A stretch of DNA of 64,000 nt, taken from Eledone cirrhosa. Taxonomy: Eukaryota. The notes beneath the pieces are model-generated. The model did no database searches and was not told the DNA's origin. It saw only the letters and a program-made list of their open reading frames with translations. The position numbers and the translations under genes were made by a program. The DNA lies in NCBI GenBank assembly GCA_964016885.1, contig OZ024746.1:14260001-14324000 (forward strand), in the 5' to 3' direction. Shown in pieces: positions 1-13,310 of this stretch. Positions within the stretch are counted from its first letter, which is position 1. Every line of letters begins with the position of its first letter.

Positions 1-1915
1 GAGGGTTTTCTCTCTAGGGTCCGACCTGCTGGTAAATTTGCAACTGACTGAAAAATCATGGAATACAACACTCAACACAAAAATGTAGTTAGGCTATTTC
101 AACTATGCTTTGCTAAAATAACAAAACGAATATTGTGTTAACTAAAATAATAGGCATAAAATATAATTTATATCAGTAAAATGAAAAAGTATTACCTGTT
201 TAAATTAAGCTAAAATAACTAGAAGTTAAAAACACATACACAGTCTTTACTATTTTCCAAAGATTTTTACCTCCTTATACTATTTCATAAACGTCTCTTT
301 GGCAGTAATTTGAATGCACTGATTATTGCATCGGTGATATTAACGCTAAATATGATATATATATACCTTATAATATGTATTAAATACCATTTTCATTGTT
401 CGTATATTTACTTGCATAAATAATACAAAACATGCACATCTACACGCACACACACGCGCACATAACTATACATATATATGTACATATGTATAATGTAAAT
501 AGAGTTATAATGAATGGCTTCTATTCATGTATATTTATGTATGCAAACACATCTACACATATACATAAGTGTATATATACCTGTGATTATGTATGTGTGT
601 ATGTGTGTGAATATATGTGAATATATGTGAATACCTGTGATTATATATGTGTATATGTGTGTTTGTGCGCGCGCGTATGTGTGCGTGTGAGTGTATGTGT
701 ATATATATATGTGTGCGTGTGTGAGTGTGTGTGTGTGTCCGTGTTAGCATGAATTTGTATTTACATCCATTCACATATTCCTTAACTAATACGCATATAT
801 GCACTTACTTGTATATGCAACTAATATACAAGGAATCAGTTGAAGTTATATTTTGACAATTTTTTTTTATGGTGTATTTTACATCCTATCAAATCGTCTC
901 ACCATATTTGGCATGGAACCCATTGGTATAGATGTTCAAGTACACCGGTTCTAGTTGTCAAAAATAAAAAATAAAATACATTGTTATAGCCAAATAGGAT
1001 AAAATAGCTTGAAGGTAAATGATAGAAACTATTTTCATAAACAACCTATATAATACATACATTTAACTTCATACACCATTTCATCAATGTTAAGATTCCT
1101 TAGGGCAAATATTTGGAATTACTCCGCTAAATAAGCTTTCAGAAAGATGTACTTCGAAAAGACAGAAAGAGTAAACACATAAAAACGCGCTGTGTTGGAA
1201 GAGAAATTAGTTTTAATGGTGTTTCGTTGAAATAAAGATATTTAGGTAATAACTAGTGCCAGAGAAAATATTTACTTATCTAAATGGGTTTACTATATTT
1301 ATTAATGTAACTTTTTATTAATATAACTTTTTATTAATGAAATCTTTCTCCAATAATTTTTATAAATGGATTTTGCTTTAAGTATATATAAGATATACAT
1401 TTGCAGATAAACAAGACATTAATTTTTTTTAGATGAAATATGATTACTTCTTTTTGTAGTTGTTTAGGCACAATCAGATCTAAATGAGCAGACCTATGGT
1501 CTAAGGCAATCTAAACATTGCCATTTCCTAATTTTTGTATATCAGAGACAACATTTTGGAATATATCCTTTTTTACTTAGCACTCCTGAGTGTGTTTTGT
1601 GGAAATGTTGCTGCTGCAGCTAGCAGCTCAAATGACCATATAAAGGAACTCGGCTTGTACTTAGCAGAGGTTGATTTAAACAACATTATTATAAAACTAT
1701 TATATCTAAATTATTAAAACATGTGTCGTTATTACAAAATACTAGTTTTTATCAATAAATTCTGACCAAAATTTTTAGATTATTAGCCAAAATCTAAAAG
1801 TTAAAGTATCAACAACTGATACAAGTAATAAATATCTACAGAAATATGTATACATATGTCCCAACATAAAACTATAGATTGTCAGTTGTATTATACATGC
1901 ACTCGAACCCATATG

Positions 1916-1948
<33 letters not shown>

Positions 1949-2261
1949 ACATATATGTATATGTATTGTAAGATCCTTTAGTATTGTGATGTAAGCATGC
2001 CCCACTTCTTGGTTCTTCGGTACTGTGAATAGTAGGGTGAACTCAATGGATCCAAATGTCTTTTCATAGTCGTCGACGGCAAAACTAAGAAGGAAGTTTT
2101 ATTTGCATTGACTACCGGCTAGTGGCCGTTTCTTTGACCATCAACACGAAGCTGCAGCAAACATTTAAAGGAACCAAACCATATCGTACTATCTAAGGCT
2201 GCAAAATTCCAGTTACTACTGAACAATTAATTCGAGGTACTGGAACAGCAACAGGGACAGG

Positions 2262-2492
<231 letters not shown>

Positions 2493-2601
2493 CATATATA
2501 TATACATATATATATACGGGCAGTCGATTCAACACGCCGTTTCCGTCCCCTTGTCGTTTCTGTTTGGATTGCCTTGAGAACGTAACCTTATTATATAAGA
2601 A

Positions 2602-2676
2602 GCTGTCTGATGATGTCACGGCACTGCGTACACGGAATCGTGTGGCAACTGTCATCATTGAAATATGTACCACAGC
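2602..2676 (+). ncRNA. Type I hammerhead ribozyme-like motif, slightly decayed, in a ~200-bp insert between (AT)n tracts
   Basis: gctgt-CTGATGA-long stem II (acacg/cgtgt inner hairpin)-GAAA-tatg-TA-cc-acagc. Stem I is gctgt/acagc with a 2-nt offset. AATAAA lies at 2683. Confidence 0.55.
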
Positions 2677-2722
2677 ATTACCAATAAAGGACTTTAACAT
2701 CTGAAACTACTTCGCATTTTCT

Positions 2723-2802
<80 letters not shown>

Positions 2803-3026
2803 CGTTTCTGAATTTGTTTAGCAAGATTCTTTATCTGAAATCGTGTGTTGAAACCGATATTGTTATACTTTGGGAGGGTCATGTTGCCAATAAGAAACAC
2901 ACGCACCAGTTGCTTTCACTTCAATTTATTATAATAAATTTATAAATTTATAAATTTATAAATTTATAAATTTATAAATTTCTGGTTGGTTGGTTGGTTC
3001 CACAACCAGATAGTTGTTTATATATT

Positions 3027-3069
3027 GTCATAGTTCTTTCGTCACACACTCTGTGACCTCTTCAGTGAC
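3027..3069 (-). ncRNA. Minimal type I hammerhead ribozyme (left arm of the PLE)
   Basis: Reverse complement reads gtca-CTGAAGA-g-gtcaca/tgtgac-GAAA-gaac-TA-tgac. Confidence 0.85.
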
Positions 3070-3281
3070 TGGGGATTCTTTTCTTTGTTTTTTTGTTTTT
3101 TGTGCCTCTCCTTTGTTCTGTCCTACGCCATTTTGTTTCTGTGTGTGTGTGTTGTGTGCTCAGTCTGCGCATGCGCCACATCCGGGTGTCTGTGTGTGTT
3201 TATGTTCATTTATTTATTTGTTTATTTACATGTTACGGGTTGGTTGTTTGTTCTATGTGTGTGTGTGTTTTCATTTTGTCC

Positions 3282-3636
3282 TTAATTGTAAGTTGTGATG
3301 TTGCTGTTCCACTCATATTTTCTATTTAATTTTGGTTGTAATTCTTTTATGTTTATTGCCTCTGTGATTTGTCTAAACATTGCGTCTTTTCTGTGTGTAG
3401 ATTCTATTTTTATTTCTATATTCTCTAATTTATCCTTGTGTTCTATTTTAGCATGTTGGTAGAGTACAGATGATTCTTTACTATCTTGAAGGTCTCGCCA
3501 GTGTTCATTTATCCGTTCCCCTACACTACGAGCTGTCTCACCTATGTACACTATATTTTTGTCTCTACGTTGTCCTTCAGTACATCTTATGCTATACACT
3601 ACATTTCTAGTTTTACAGTTAATATGGGGGCTTATT
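3282..3636 (-). pseudogene. PLE C-terminal GIY-YIG endonuclease domain (5'-truncated ORF)
   Basis: CKTRNVVYSIRC...YIGETARSVGERINEH...LYQHAKIEH...RQITEAINI...PKLNRKYE matches the PLE GIY-YIG pattern (VY..YIG..R..EH..H..E..LN). Confidence 0.9.
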
Positions 3637-3942
3637 TTACGCAATGTTTAGACAAATCACAGAGGCAATACATAAAAGAATTACAACCAAAATTAAATAG
3701 AAAATATGAGCAACATCACAACTTACAATTAAGGACAAAATGAAAACACACACACACATAGAACAAACAACCAACCAGTAACATGTAAATAAACAAATAA
3801 ATAAATTAACATAAACACACACAGACACCCGGATGTGGCGCATGCGCAGACTGAGCACACAACACACACACAGAAACAAAATGGCGTAGGACAGAACAAA
3901 GGAGAGGCACAAAAAACAAAAAAACAAAGAAAAGAATCCCCA

Positions 3943-3985
3943 GTCACTGAAGAGGTCACAGAGTGTGTGACGAAAGAACTATGAC
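3943..3985 (+). ncRNA. Minimal type I hammerhead ribozyme (right, inverted arm)
   Basis: gtca-CTGAAGA-g-gtcaca gagtg tgtgac-GAAA-gaac-TA-tgac: 4-bp stem I, 6-bp stem II and a tiny stem III. Confidence 0.85.
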
Positions 3986-4130
3986 AATATATAAACAACT
4001 ATCTGGTTGTGGACCAACCAACCAACCAGAAATTTATAAATTTATAAATTTATAAATTTATTATAATAAATTGAAGTGAAAGCAACTGGTGCGTGTGTTT
4101 CTTATTGACAACATGACCCTCCCAAAGCAT

Positions 4131-4229
<99 letters not shown>

Positions 4230-4426
4230 TGGTTTTTCCACTCGGAAAGCTGTCAGAAGATCGGAACTGTAGAAACTGATGCATTGGTCCGCATATCTCA
4301 ATTATCTTACTCACACGAAGTCGTCCTCCTCACTGATTAACGTATGTGTGCACTCAAATCATAAGGGTTTAAATTTTTATATTCCGTTTACCAATATATA
4401 ATAACTTGTGTGTTACACCTCTATTC

Positions 4427-4601
4427 TTTAGGCACAAGGCCAGCAATTACCCAGTACATTACTGGTACTTTATTTTGTCGACCGCGTAAGGATGAAAGGC
4501 AAAGTTAACCTCGGCGGGATTTGAACTCAGAATGTAAAGGGACGTAACTATGCTAGAAAGCATGGCGTCCAACCTTCTACCGATACTGCCAATTCACCGC
4601 C
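4427..4601 (-). mobile_element. tRNA-derived SINE (octopus-type, Nin/Deu-like central domain)
   Basis: Reverse complement starts GGCGGTGAATTGGCAGTATCGG (A box), has GAGTTCAAATCC (B box), the core GCCTTTCATCCTTACG(C/G)GGTCGA.AAAATAAAGTACCAG and the tail GGCCTTGTGCC. Many copies occur in the window. Confidence 0.9.
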
Positions 4602-4693
4602 CTTTAAATTTTAATAATACAAACTTAATTGATTAATGAGTGAGTGAGGAAACGACCAAATCTATATCCATTCTATTCGATAAGCTTCGTCTC

Positions 4694-4803
<110 letters not shown>

Positions 4804-4840
4804 TAATAAAAACAATGAATAAAAACAAAGAAACAGTTCC

Positions 4841-4974
4841 TCATATGCTGAAGACAGCATATACATGTGTAGGTATGTATATTTTCTCTCATAGTTTGTA
4901 AAATTTTTACATAGATCTATATGATATACATACCAACACACATATATATCCTAGAAACGATCGTAAAATGATGA
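4841..4974 (+). ncRNA. Decayed hammerhead ribozyme with very long stem II (same family as 52178-52330)
   Basis: CTGAAGA at 4848, a ~100-nt self-complementary insert, then GAAA-cgatcg-TA-aaatgatga. It sits in the AT-flanked element 4801-5160, whose 4801-4840 is an inverted copy of ~4989-5030. Confidence 0.65.
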
Positions 4975-5158
4975 ATTTTTTTAATATAAGGAACTGTTTC
5001 TTTGTTTTTATTCATTGTTTTTATTAATTTATCTTGACTCTGTTTTCCTGTGATTTTCATCGAAAAAATATTTGAATACATCTTCTCTTTTCATGATATT
5101 TGGATTACATTGAGTTCTTCATACGGATTGGACACTACCGTATATTTTGGTAAATTTA

Positions 5159-5230
<72 letters not shown>

Positions 5231-5379
5231 CACACACACTCACACACATACATACATACATACATATATATATATTTATATATACATATATAAATACGCA
5301 CACACACACACACACATACATATATATATATATTTATATATACATATATAAATACGCACACACACACACACATACATAC

Positions 5380-5445
<66 letters not shown>

Positions 5446-7078
5446 TTGGTTCATATCTCTCTGCGACAAATTGGTGGCATTACTAGTGAATATTGCAAAA
5501 GAAAAATGATTTTGAAATATTAACCATATTTGCCAAAAGCATTTATTTGAGTTCAAGGAATTGTAAATTTCAATCTGCAGTAATCTAAATTATTATGAAT
5601 TGGCTAAATTGTTATGATTGAATCATTTCATTTTTTATAATGGCGGTAATTTTTATTGTATTATATTGATTTCTATCACAAGATGTATGTTAGAAATATA
5701 ACATAACGTTTGTTATGTTATTGATGCCAGTGTGAAATTATATTCTGAAAATACAAGAATATATTAAATCAGTAAAAGCCTTTAATCATATATGAAATTA
5801 ATATCATTAAAAAATGTAAAATAGTTATGTACAATTAATAAAAGTGTTTAATGCTATTTTTTTTTATTTTTCAATTTCCGTTAAACAGAATTGAACCACA
5901 TATGATTTCATCTCGAAAAATTTAAATACTGTTCTAAATTGGTAAACATTATATTGACTTAAAACAAAATTACTGAAATTCGGCTGTACAAGATTTGTTG
6001 ACACGTCTCAGTTATTTGCATGGTTTTGTCTTACCAGACTTTTAATTAATTTGACGATGAAATATGTGATACGAGAGTGACAATAAGGAACTATAGCATG
6101 TAATTGCTGAATTTAATTTGGTGCCAAGAAGCTAATACAAATCATATAAGAGAAATAGTTTTATCTTAAAAATAGATATAACGAGTTTACCTTATTTATT
6201 TCTTCTTTCTGTAGTAGGACTAAAATATACAAGTGAGAGGGGTATAAAGATATATATCGTGCCTCCTTTTCGAAGAGTATTATTAAGCTAAATGTAATAA
6301 CATGTTTTAAACTCGGAACGAAACACTGTAACAATATCGTTGGCTCGGCGGCTCTTGTAGGAGAAAGAAACAAAATAATGCAATTAATTATCCTGCTTTC
6401 TATAATTTTCACAATTCGCAGGTGGTCACATTATTTAGAACACTTGAAAGATGCTAATGGAATGCCATTTGAAATGTATTAAATTCTACTTTAAAAATAC
6501 GACTGACAATCTAAAAAAAAAATGGTAAAATAAATATAAACTAATAATTGAATTACTGCTTGTATCAATTTGAAAGGGAAAGATTAGTGTCGCAAAAATT
6601 GTAAATCACCCTAATGTAATGACGGTAATATTTCAATGTGATTGATCAAGATTTAGCCTGATAGATTTAGTTCAGATTTTTTAACTCAGCTCACCAATTA
6701 ACATTTATCTCTCATTAGAACAATAGCCATTAACAGATCGTCGCGCGTAGTGCTTGAATAAAATTTTAATTCCAGGAAATATCTTGCAATCTAATGTCAT
6801 CTCAACTTTATTACAAAGATTCTGCATGCATTCTATGAACTTAGAAACACATTGAACATTAGTGACAGGTTTGCTATTGAATATGCGACAGAAATAGCTC
6901 AGCTAGTTATAAACAAAAGTTGCATCTATCTTTCGGTTCCCCAGTGAAGTCATTTCAACTAACACCACATTTCAACCAACCACATTTCTATTAAACAGGC
7001 AAACATACATACACATGTACACATGCATGCATACACACACGCGCACATGCATACACACTCACACATAAACACACACAG

Positions 7079-7171
<93 letters not shown>

Positions 7172-7375
7172 TATATCTTTAGGTTTGTTGGTTCACCACT
7201 GGATAGAACTGGTCATTCCGTATGGTCAATCCTGGTGTAATATTGTGAAGAGTACTCAACGCAGTGCAGTTCACCCATCTTCGTTTGTGTAGTTGGTGGT
7301 GTGAATACGGAGTTAATTATAAATACAATAAAATAACAGGAGGCTGGACTGGTGTAAATTCTTGAAAGGTTTATT

Positions 7376-7433
7376 ATACTATGATCATTTCAATGACCGG
7401 GTTCCATATGAATCCGGTGATATCATCAGGTAT
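7376..7433 (-). ncRNA. Type I hammerhead ribozyme
   Basis: Reverse complement of the 7675-7732 motif. Confidence 0.85.
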
Positions 7434-7674
7434 TGGAATATAACAAAGGAATATATAAAAAAAACCATGGGTCCGAAAAATCAGTGACAGAGACAAAGAG
7501 GACGACTGACCAACTAGCTGCTCGGCCAGTCGCCCTCAGATGTTCATTAGTAGATTCAGTTGCCACCACTTTGAGGGCGACTGGCTGAGCAGCTAGTTGG
7601 TCAGTTGTCCTCTTTGTCTCTGTCTCTGATTTTTCGGACCCATGGTTTTTTACATATTCCTTTGTTATATTCCA

Positions 7675-7732
7675 ATACCTGATGATATCACCGGATTCAT
7701 ATGGAACCCGGTCATTGAAATGATCATAGTAT
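7675..7732 (+). ncRNA. Type I hammerhead ribozyme with palindromic stem III
   Basis: atac-CTGATGA-tatcaccgg...ccggtcatt-GAAA-tgatca-TA-gtat, followed directly by AATAAA. Confidence 0.85.
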
Positions 7733-7782
7733 AATAAACCTTTCAAGAATTTACCCCAGTCCAGCCTCCTGTTATTTTATTT

Positions 7783-7838
<56 letters not shown>

Positions 7839-7900
7839 ATAATAAATGTAAAGACTAGAATCCAAAGAGGGTTCGATAAGGATTATATATATATATAAAC

Positions 7901-8146
7901 ATATATTGGTAAACGGAATAGAAAATGCTGACTAATTGTTCACAGTTGAAAAATGGTTTAATTAGGAATAAAAGAGTATTAGTGATTGTATGGGTTAGTA
8001 TTCAGTTGTGGTTTTAAGTTTTTAAAAACTTAAAACCACAACTGAATACTAACCCATACAATCACTAATACTCTTTTATTCCTAATTAAACCATTTTTCA
8101 ACTGTGAACAATTTGTCAGCATTTTCTATTCCGTTTACCAATATAT
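7901..8146. repeat. Spacer-less palindrome of ~246 bp
   Basis: The centre aagttttt|aaaaactt is at 8023/8024 and the arms are complementary with about one mismatch. The right end continues into sequence also found at 4380-4430. Confidence 0.9.
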
Positions 8147-9439
8147 AATAACTTGTGTGTTACACCTCTATTCTTTTAACTATAAACATATATATATATA
8201 TATATAAATCCGTTAAGAGTGAAAGCAGCGAATCTTTGCTTAAACTTTAATCCTCAATAATATTAGCGCTAACTTGCTAGTATTATTGAGGATTCTTTCA
8301 GTGATTACAATTTAATAGCTGAAAATACCATATAGCAGGACTCCTACCTAGACACACCGAATGATTGATTCCTTGAATTTTAGACAAACATTGCTGACTT
8401 TAAAAAAAATTATATTAAGCAACATAGAAGAATATTCATAATATCTTGGCAGATTACTTCGTATTATCGAAGAGCGCTGAATTTTATATATTTATAAATG
8501 CAGGAACCGATGAAATATATCTTTTTGAATATGTGTTACCTGTAAATATCACTTAATACGTACAGACGAATGTATTCTGCTAGGTGATAACAGAGATATC
8601 ATTTTGTTTGTCTTATGGCTTTGAATCAAGAAAACATATATGTGAAAATAATTCTTTAATTAGACAGATTAGGATTACAACATATCAATAAAAACAGCGT
8701 TTAAAAAGAAGACGTAATAATATTTTTATCAAGAAAAATTAATTCAAAACAAACACGAGAAGTTTTTCGTACAAATGCAATCACCTGACAAGAAAGTTTA
8801 TTTAATATCTTATAAAAGAGGTTTTTATATTTTAAATCCAGTGGAGAATGGTGATGTCAGATATTCTCTACTTACAATATCTAAGTATTTCAAATAATAT
8901 TGAATTTCTTCTTCTTCTTCTTCTTCTTCTTAAACTAATATTGTCCTGCATCGTTCACCTCTGTTGTTTTTTTCATTTATATTTTTCACACACACACACA
9001 CACACTCACACACACACACATACACACACATTCATACATATATATATACATATATATATATATATCAATAATATTAATAAATGGAAAATATTTTTATAAA
9101 ACCATATTTATTTTATTATACGTATTTCAAGGGCACTAATATTTTAGTACGCTTTCGTCAGATAAAATCTAATAGTTGGTGTAAAGATAGTGACATATCT
9201 TCATGTGAACTTAATGTTATAAGTTCAATGAGGATAGTGAATAGAATTTTTCAAAACTCACGGGAAATATAATTATATCATTCTTTCTATACCCATGTAA
9301 ATATGTATGGGTGTATATATGCATATTTCTATAAATAATTTCTAAAATAACTCTAAAAAATTGTTTTCATTGTTGAGTGCTTCTAATATGTTGTAAAATT
9401 AATTTTGTTGATAATCACGAAACCAAATAACTCATTGTT

Positions 9440-9543
<104 letters not shown>

Positions 9544-9612
9544 TATGTATGTATATATATTTATGTATATATGTATGTATGTATACATATATATATGTAT
9601 GTATATATACAG

Positions 9613-9709
<97 letters not shown>

Positions 9710-9834
9710 TCTGAGTTTTTCGAATATTAATAATAACATTCGATTCGTTTGTAATTTTGCAAACAAGCTCAATTTTATAGCCATGTCTGTAGAATGAACA
9801 CTTCATTCTTCCTCTTTGTTGGCATGCGAATAGA

Positions 9835-9880
9835 ACTGCAGACACTAATGTTTCTGGGTATCACCCTTCATCAGTACAGT
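9835..9880 (-). ncRNA. Type I hammerhead ribozyme
   Basis: Reverse complement reads actgta-CTGATGA-agggtgataccca-GAAA-cattagtg-TC-tgcagt. Confidence 0.85.
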
Positions 9881-10205
9881 CACTGATTTGCATGTTAGCA
9901 GACTGGCTGATCAGTCAGATCTGCATATTAGCAGATCCACTGATCATTTATTGTATTCAGCCACGTAGAGAGAAATTTTCTTTTTTATTTGAATTTGGCA
10001 AAGCCGGCCATTTATCGCTCGTATACAAGAAACTGACTGGCCAGTCTGCTGATATGCAAATCTGGCTGATCAGTGGATCTGCTAATATGCAAATCTGACT
10101 GATCAGCCATCTGCTAATATGCAAATCAGGCCGATCAGACACTGTGTATTTTTGAAAATAGCATATATGTTCAGTAGCTCTGACAGTTTGGCAGGTGAAC
10201 AGTGA

Positions 10206-10251
10206 GCTGTACTGATGAAGGGTGATGCCCAGAAACATTAGTGTCTGCAGT
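10206..10251 (+). ncRNA. Type I hammerhead ribozyme (inverted partner of 9835-9880)
   Basis: gctgta-CTGATGA-a ggg tgatg ccc a-GAAA-cat ta gtg-TC-tgcagt, with a canonical GUC cleavage triplet. Confidence 0.85.
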
Positions 10252-10369
10252 TCTGTTATGCCAACACAAGAGCAAACCATACCGAGAACAATTGTTTCAC
10301 CTTAGCGGATCCCCAGCTCTATGGTGAAACAATTGTTCTCAGTATGGTGAACTAACCGTTGTGTAACCA

Positions 10370-10446
<77 letters not shown>

Positions 10447-12989
10447 ATTTCAGCGAGATCGAATTTCGGCAGTGGTCGAAAACAAAGCGAAACGCAATAT
10501 CCGAGTTATGGTGGCAAGTGCACCATGGACTAAATAAAGACCAGAGCAATAAACATAGGTTATAAAGGCCAAACAAACTGAGATGGCGGTATATATATAT
10601 ATGTGTGTGTGAGGGGGTATTGCATTCCTATCAGTCCACTTCTTTGATTTGCGAATTGGAATAGGTAATTAAAGACCCAATTGGAAGAGAGGTTCTCAAC
10701 AGTCGTAATGATCTCGACAATTACCCTGAATGGAAGTATGAACCATTTCAGAAAGAAAAGTCAGAACTTTGAATCTGTTGAGTATTTGCTTGTCTTTTAA
10801 GGCGCAGCTCCTAGCTTTATGATGAAAAAGAATTTTCGTGTAATAAATTATCGTTTTCTCATCTCAAAAGGTAAAACAAATCTGAAGATTCCTTACTGGA
10901 TTCCTTACTTTTTTTTCTATGTAATACGTGTTTACTGTGTCACATATAAATTGCAATTGGATATTGAGAACTTATTTCTCTGCTACAGCTCTCACTGGAA
11001 AATAACTGCTTTTCTGCACTCCTAGAAACTCATTTGTTTTCTTGATAGAATCATTGATAAAACTCACAAGAGAGATATCTGGCGTAGTCTCTGTGAGTAA
11101 AACTACCTCGGTACATACGCAAATAGAATTATTATTTTAAGAAACACAACCTTCTATAATACATCTATTTAGATAAGTGAAATGACACAGAGACGGGGAA
11201 CGAGAAAGAGAGAGAAAGAAAGAGTATATGTTACGTGTCTTGATAATGTACATACGTTTACGTTAGTCGAAAGCCTTTCAGTTGATATCATATCAACACA
11301 GCTATGACTAAGTGAGATTTCTGAGTAAACCATTTAAGACAAAAAAGTAGTAAACATATAAATACATAATGCAGAAATTTTATAAAATCAAACACTGTGA
11401 AGAAGTTGGAATTTCAGAGAAATTTACAGATGTAAAAATTGATTTCCTTACCGTAAACATGATCAATACTGAAGTTTATAAACTTTAACAGGAAATTAGA
11501 GGTACTGGCAATCTAAAATACTACAAGAACAGTGTATACAATTGGTATACGTTTACAATAGCTACCAATACATAACAATTGTATATACTCGACAGATACG
11601 GTTTAAGTGTATTAGAGACTCTGCTAGGCGTGTGGGTCTTTGTGTATCATAGACACACAATTTCAAATTTTGTTGTGGCTTTGTTTTAATGCTTGTCGCA
11701 GTATTGTTTGGTGAAGCTCATATAATTAAGTTTATGATAGAATAAATTAATATATTATTATACCGAAACATAACCCGTTGTTGGCAGACAGAAAATTATT
11801 TGGTTTATTCTCCAAACTTTAATAAAGCTGTATTTGTGGATTATATATATGCAGAGAGAGAGAGTGTGTATGTGTGCGTGTGTGTTTGTGTGTGTGTGTG
11901 TAAGAGAGAGAGAATGGAATAGGGGTGATGGAGAGGGGGAGAGAGAGATCGTCGTCAGAACGTTGATCTTTTGTCTGAATTTTAGATCACCTCTCCTCTC
12001 CTTTGTATCTTTATTCATATTCCATGAATTCTAAAAGAAGAGAACACTATTCAGAACAGTTTTGACAGGGAGCAACGGTTATGAGAGAGACTGGCAAAAG
12101 TTCAGTATAATCCTTATTATGGAGATTGTTCTTAAAGTACATTCTCTATATATTTCACGCATGATTAATAATATAACGTCAGCAAGCACCATTTTACTGT
12201 TTGTAATCTATTAATTTTTATTCTGGCGTAAGTTGTCGGAATGTTTTCAAAGCTATACGGAGGCAGCTAATGTCCATGAAGAAGACATGAATGTTATTTA
12301 CATTCCTATAAATCATTTTATGTTTAACTCAATATAATAGAAATATTTTTTCTGAAAATATTTTTCCGTGGTTCTCTCCAGTCAATATATTTATTTTGTC
12401 TATCCTGAATCGATGAAAGGCAAAGTCGAACTTAGAGGGATCTGAACAGTGACCAATGAATCAGTGAAACACTTAAAGTAATCCAATGCCCTTTTATATA
12501 TCAGGAGATCGATAATAGTCAATTACTCACGAGATCGATTCAAAATATTAATTTTCCTCTAGTTAAAAGACTTCAGCATGAACAATATGTATGCAAAAGA
12601 TCTAATAAATATTTCAGCATAACATTACAAACATCACATAAGATATCATATATCTCCTTTCGTACATCTATGTGGTGCTAAATAGAAACAAGTAGAAACA
12701 TTATTTTATGTGATGTAAAGGCTCTACATTTATAACATGTTGAATTGAAGTTTGACTTGATCTAGGCTATACATTTACATTTCGTATTTCCCTTTGTTTA
12801 AAGGGAATATAAAAAAGTATAGTGATTAAAATAAATCTGTGATCCATATTAAGCCATTTCCAATAGGATATTGATTACTACAACTATTGACTTTATAGAA
12901 ATGTCGAGTGTACAACATCGAAAGGTGTTATAATACACCACAAACACCCTCAACTAACATACTAAAGGCCGCTTCATTGACTGGTTTGA

Positions 12990-13310
12990 AGCCGCTCGCA
13001 AATATACTCCACTCTGGCCCACAGGCATGCTATCTTCTCTCTTTTCCTCCAGTACTATAGAAGTCTCTGTCCGTCCTAATTGACTACCCAAACATGCCCA
13101 ACTCACTCGTCCTTTCATCTCTCGACACCCAGGTCCCGCATTATGCATCATGCTCAGACTGTCCTCTTCTTTGTAAATCCTTCAAACACCACATGTTTTC
13201 ATCGGCCACCCACATACAACTGTTCAAAAAGAACATTAAACACATCAACCTTATCAGTCGTGAAGAGCCTACCAAATATACGTGTATCCACGTCCTCCAG
13301 ACCAAACTAA
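12990..13310 (-). mobile_element. Highly decayed non-LTR (RTE-like) retrotransposon 3' fragment
   Basis: GC-richer island. Reverse-strand translations give broken pieces resembling the post-RT region of RTE-type LINEs, with many frameshifts. Confidence 0.3.

Larger units (their letters stand above)
2801..4138 (-). mobile_element. 5'-truncated Penelope-like retroelement with inverted pseudo-LTR, inserted in (AT)n
   Basis: A GIY-YIG ORF end is followed by a 3' region carrying an HHR. 2857-3385 and 3639-4138 are near-identical inverted arms. Long (AT)n tracts lie on both sides. Confidence 0.9.
7328..7780. mobile_element. Fold-back pseudo-LTR pair (two ~210-bp inverted arms, ~33-bp spacer) between (AT)n tracts
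   Basis: 7328-7538 is the reverse complement of 7572-7780 with few mismatches. Each arm carries an HHR followed by AATAAA. Confidence 0.85.

Noticed and set aside
2098-2150. Minus-strand GAAA-cggc/gccg-gTA followed by AATAAA (possible HHR 3' half)
   Set aside because: No CTGANGA or stem II was found upstream.
3573-3575. GGA in place of the second Cys of the GIY-YIG CxxC, one change from TGA (possible ancestral selenocysteine)
   Set aside because: This is a single decayed copy with no SECIS seen. The endonuclease is C-terminal, unlike selenoprotein-coding Naiads. A family consensus would be needed.
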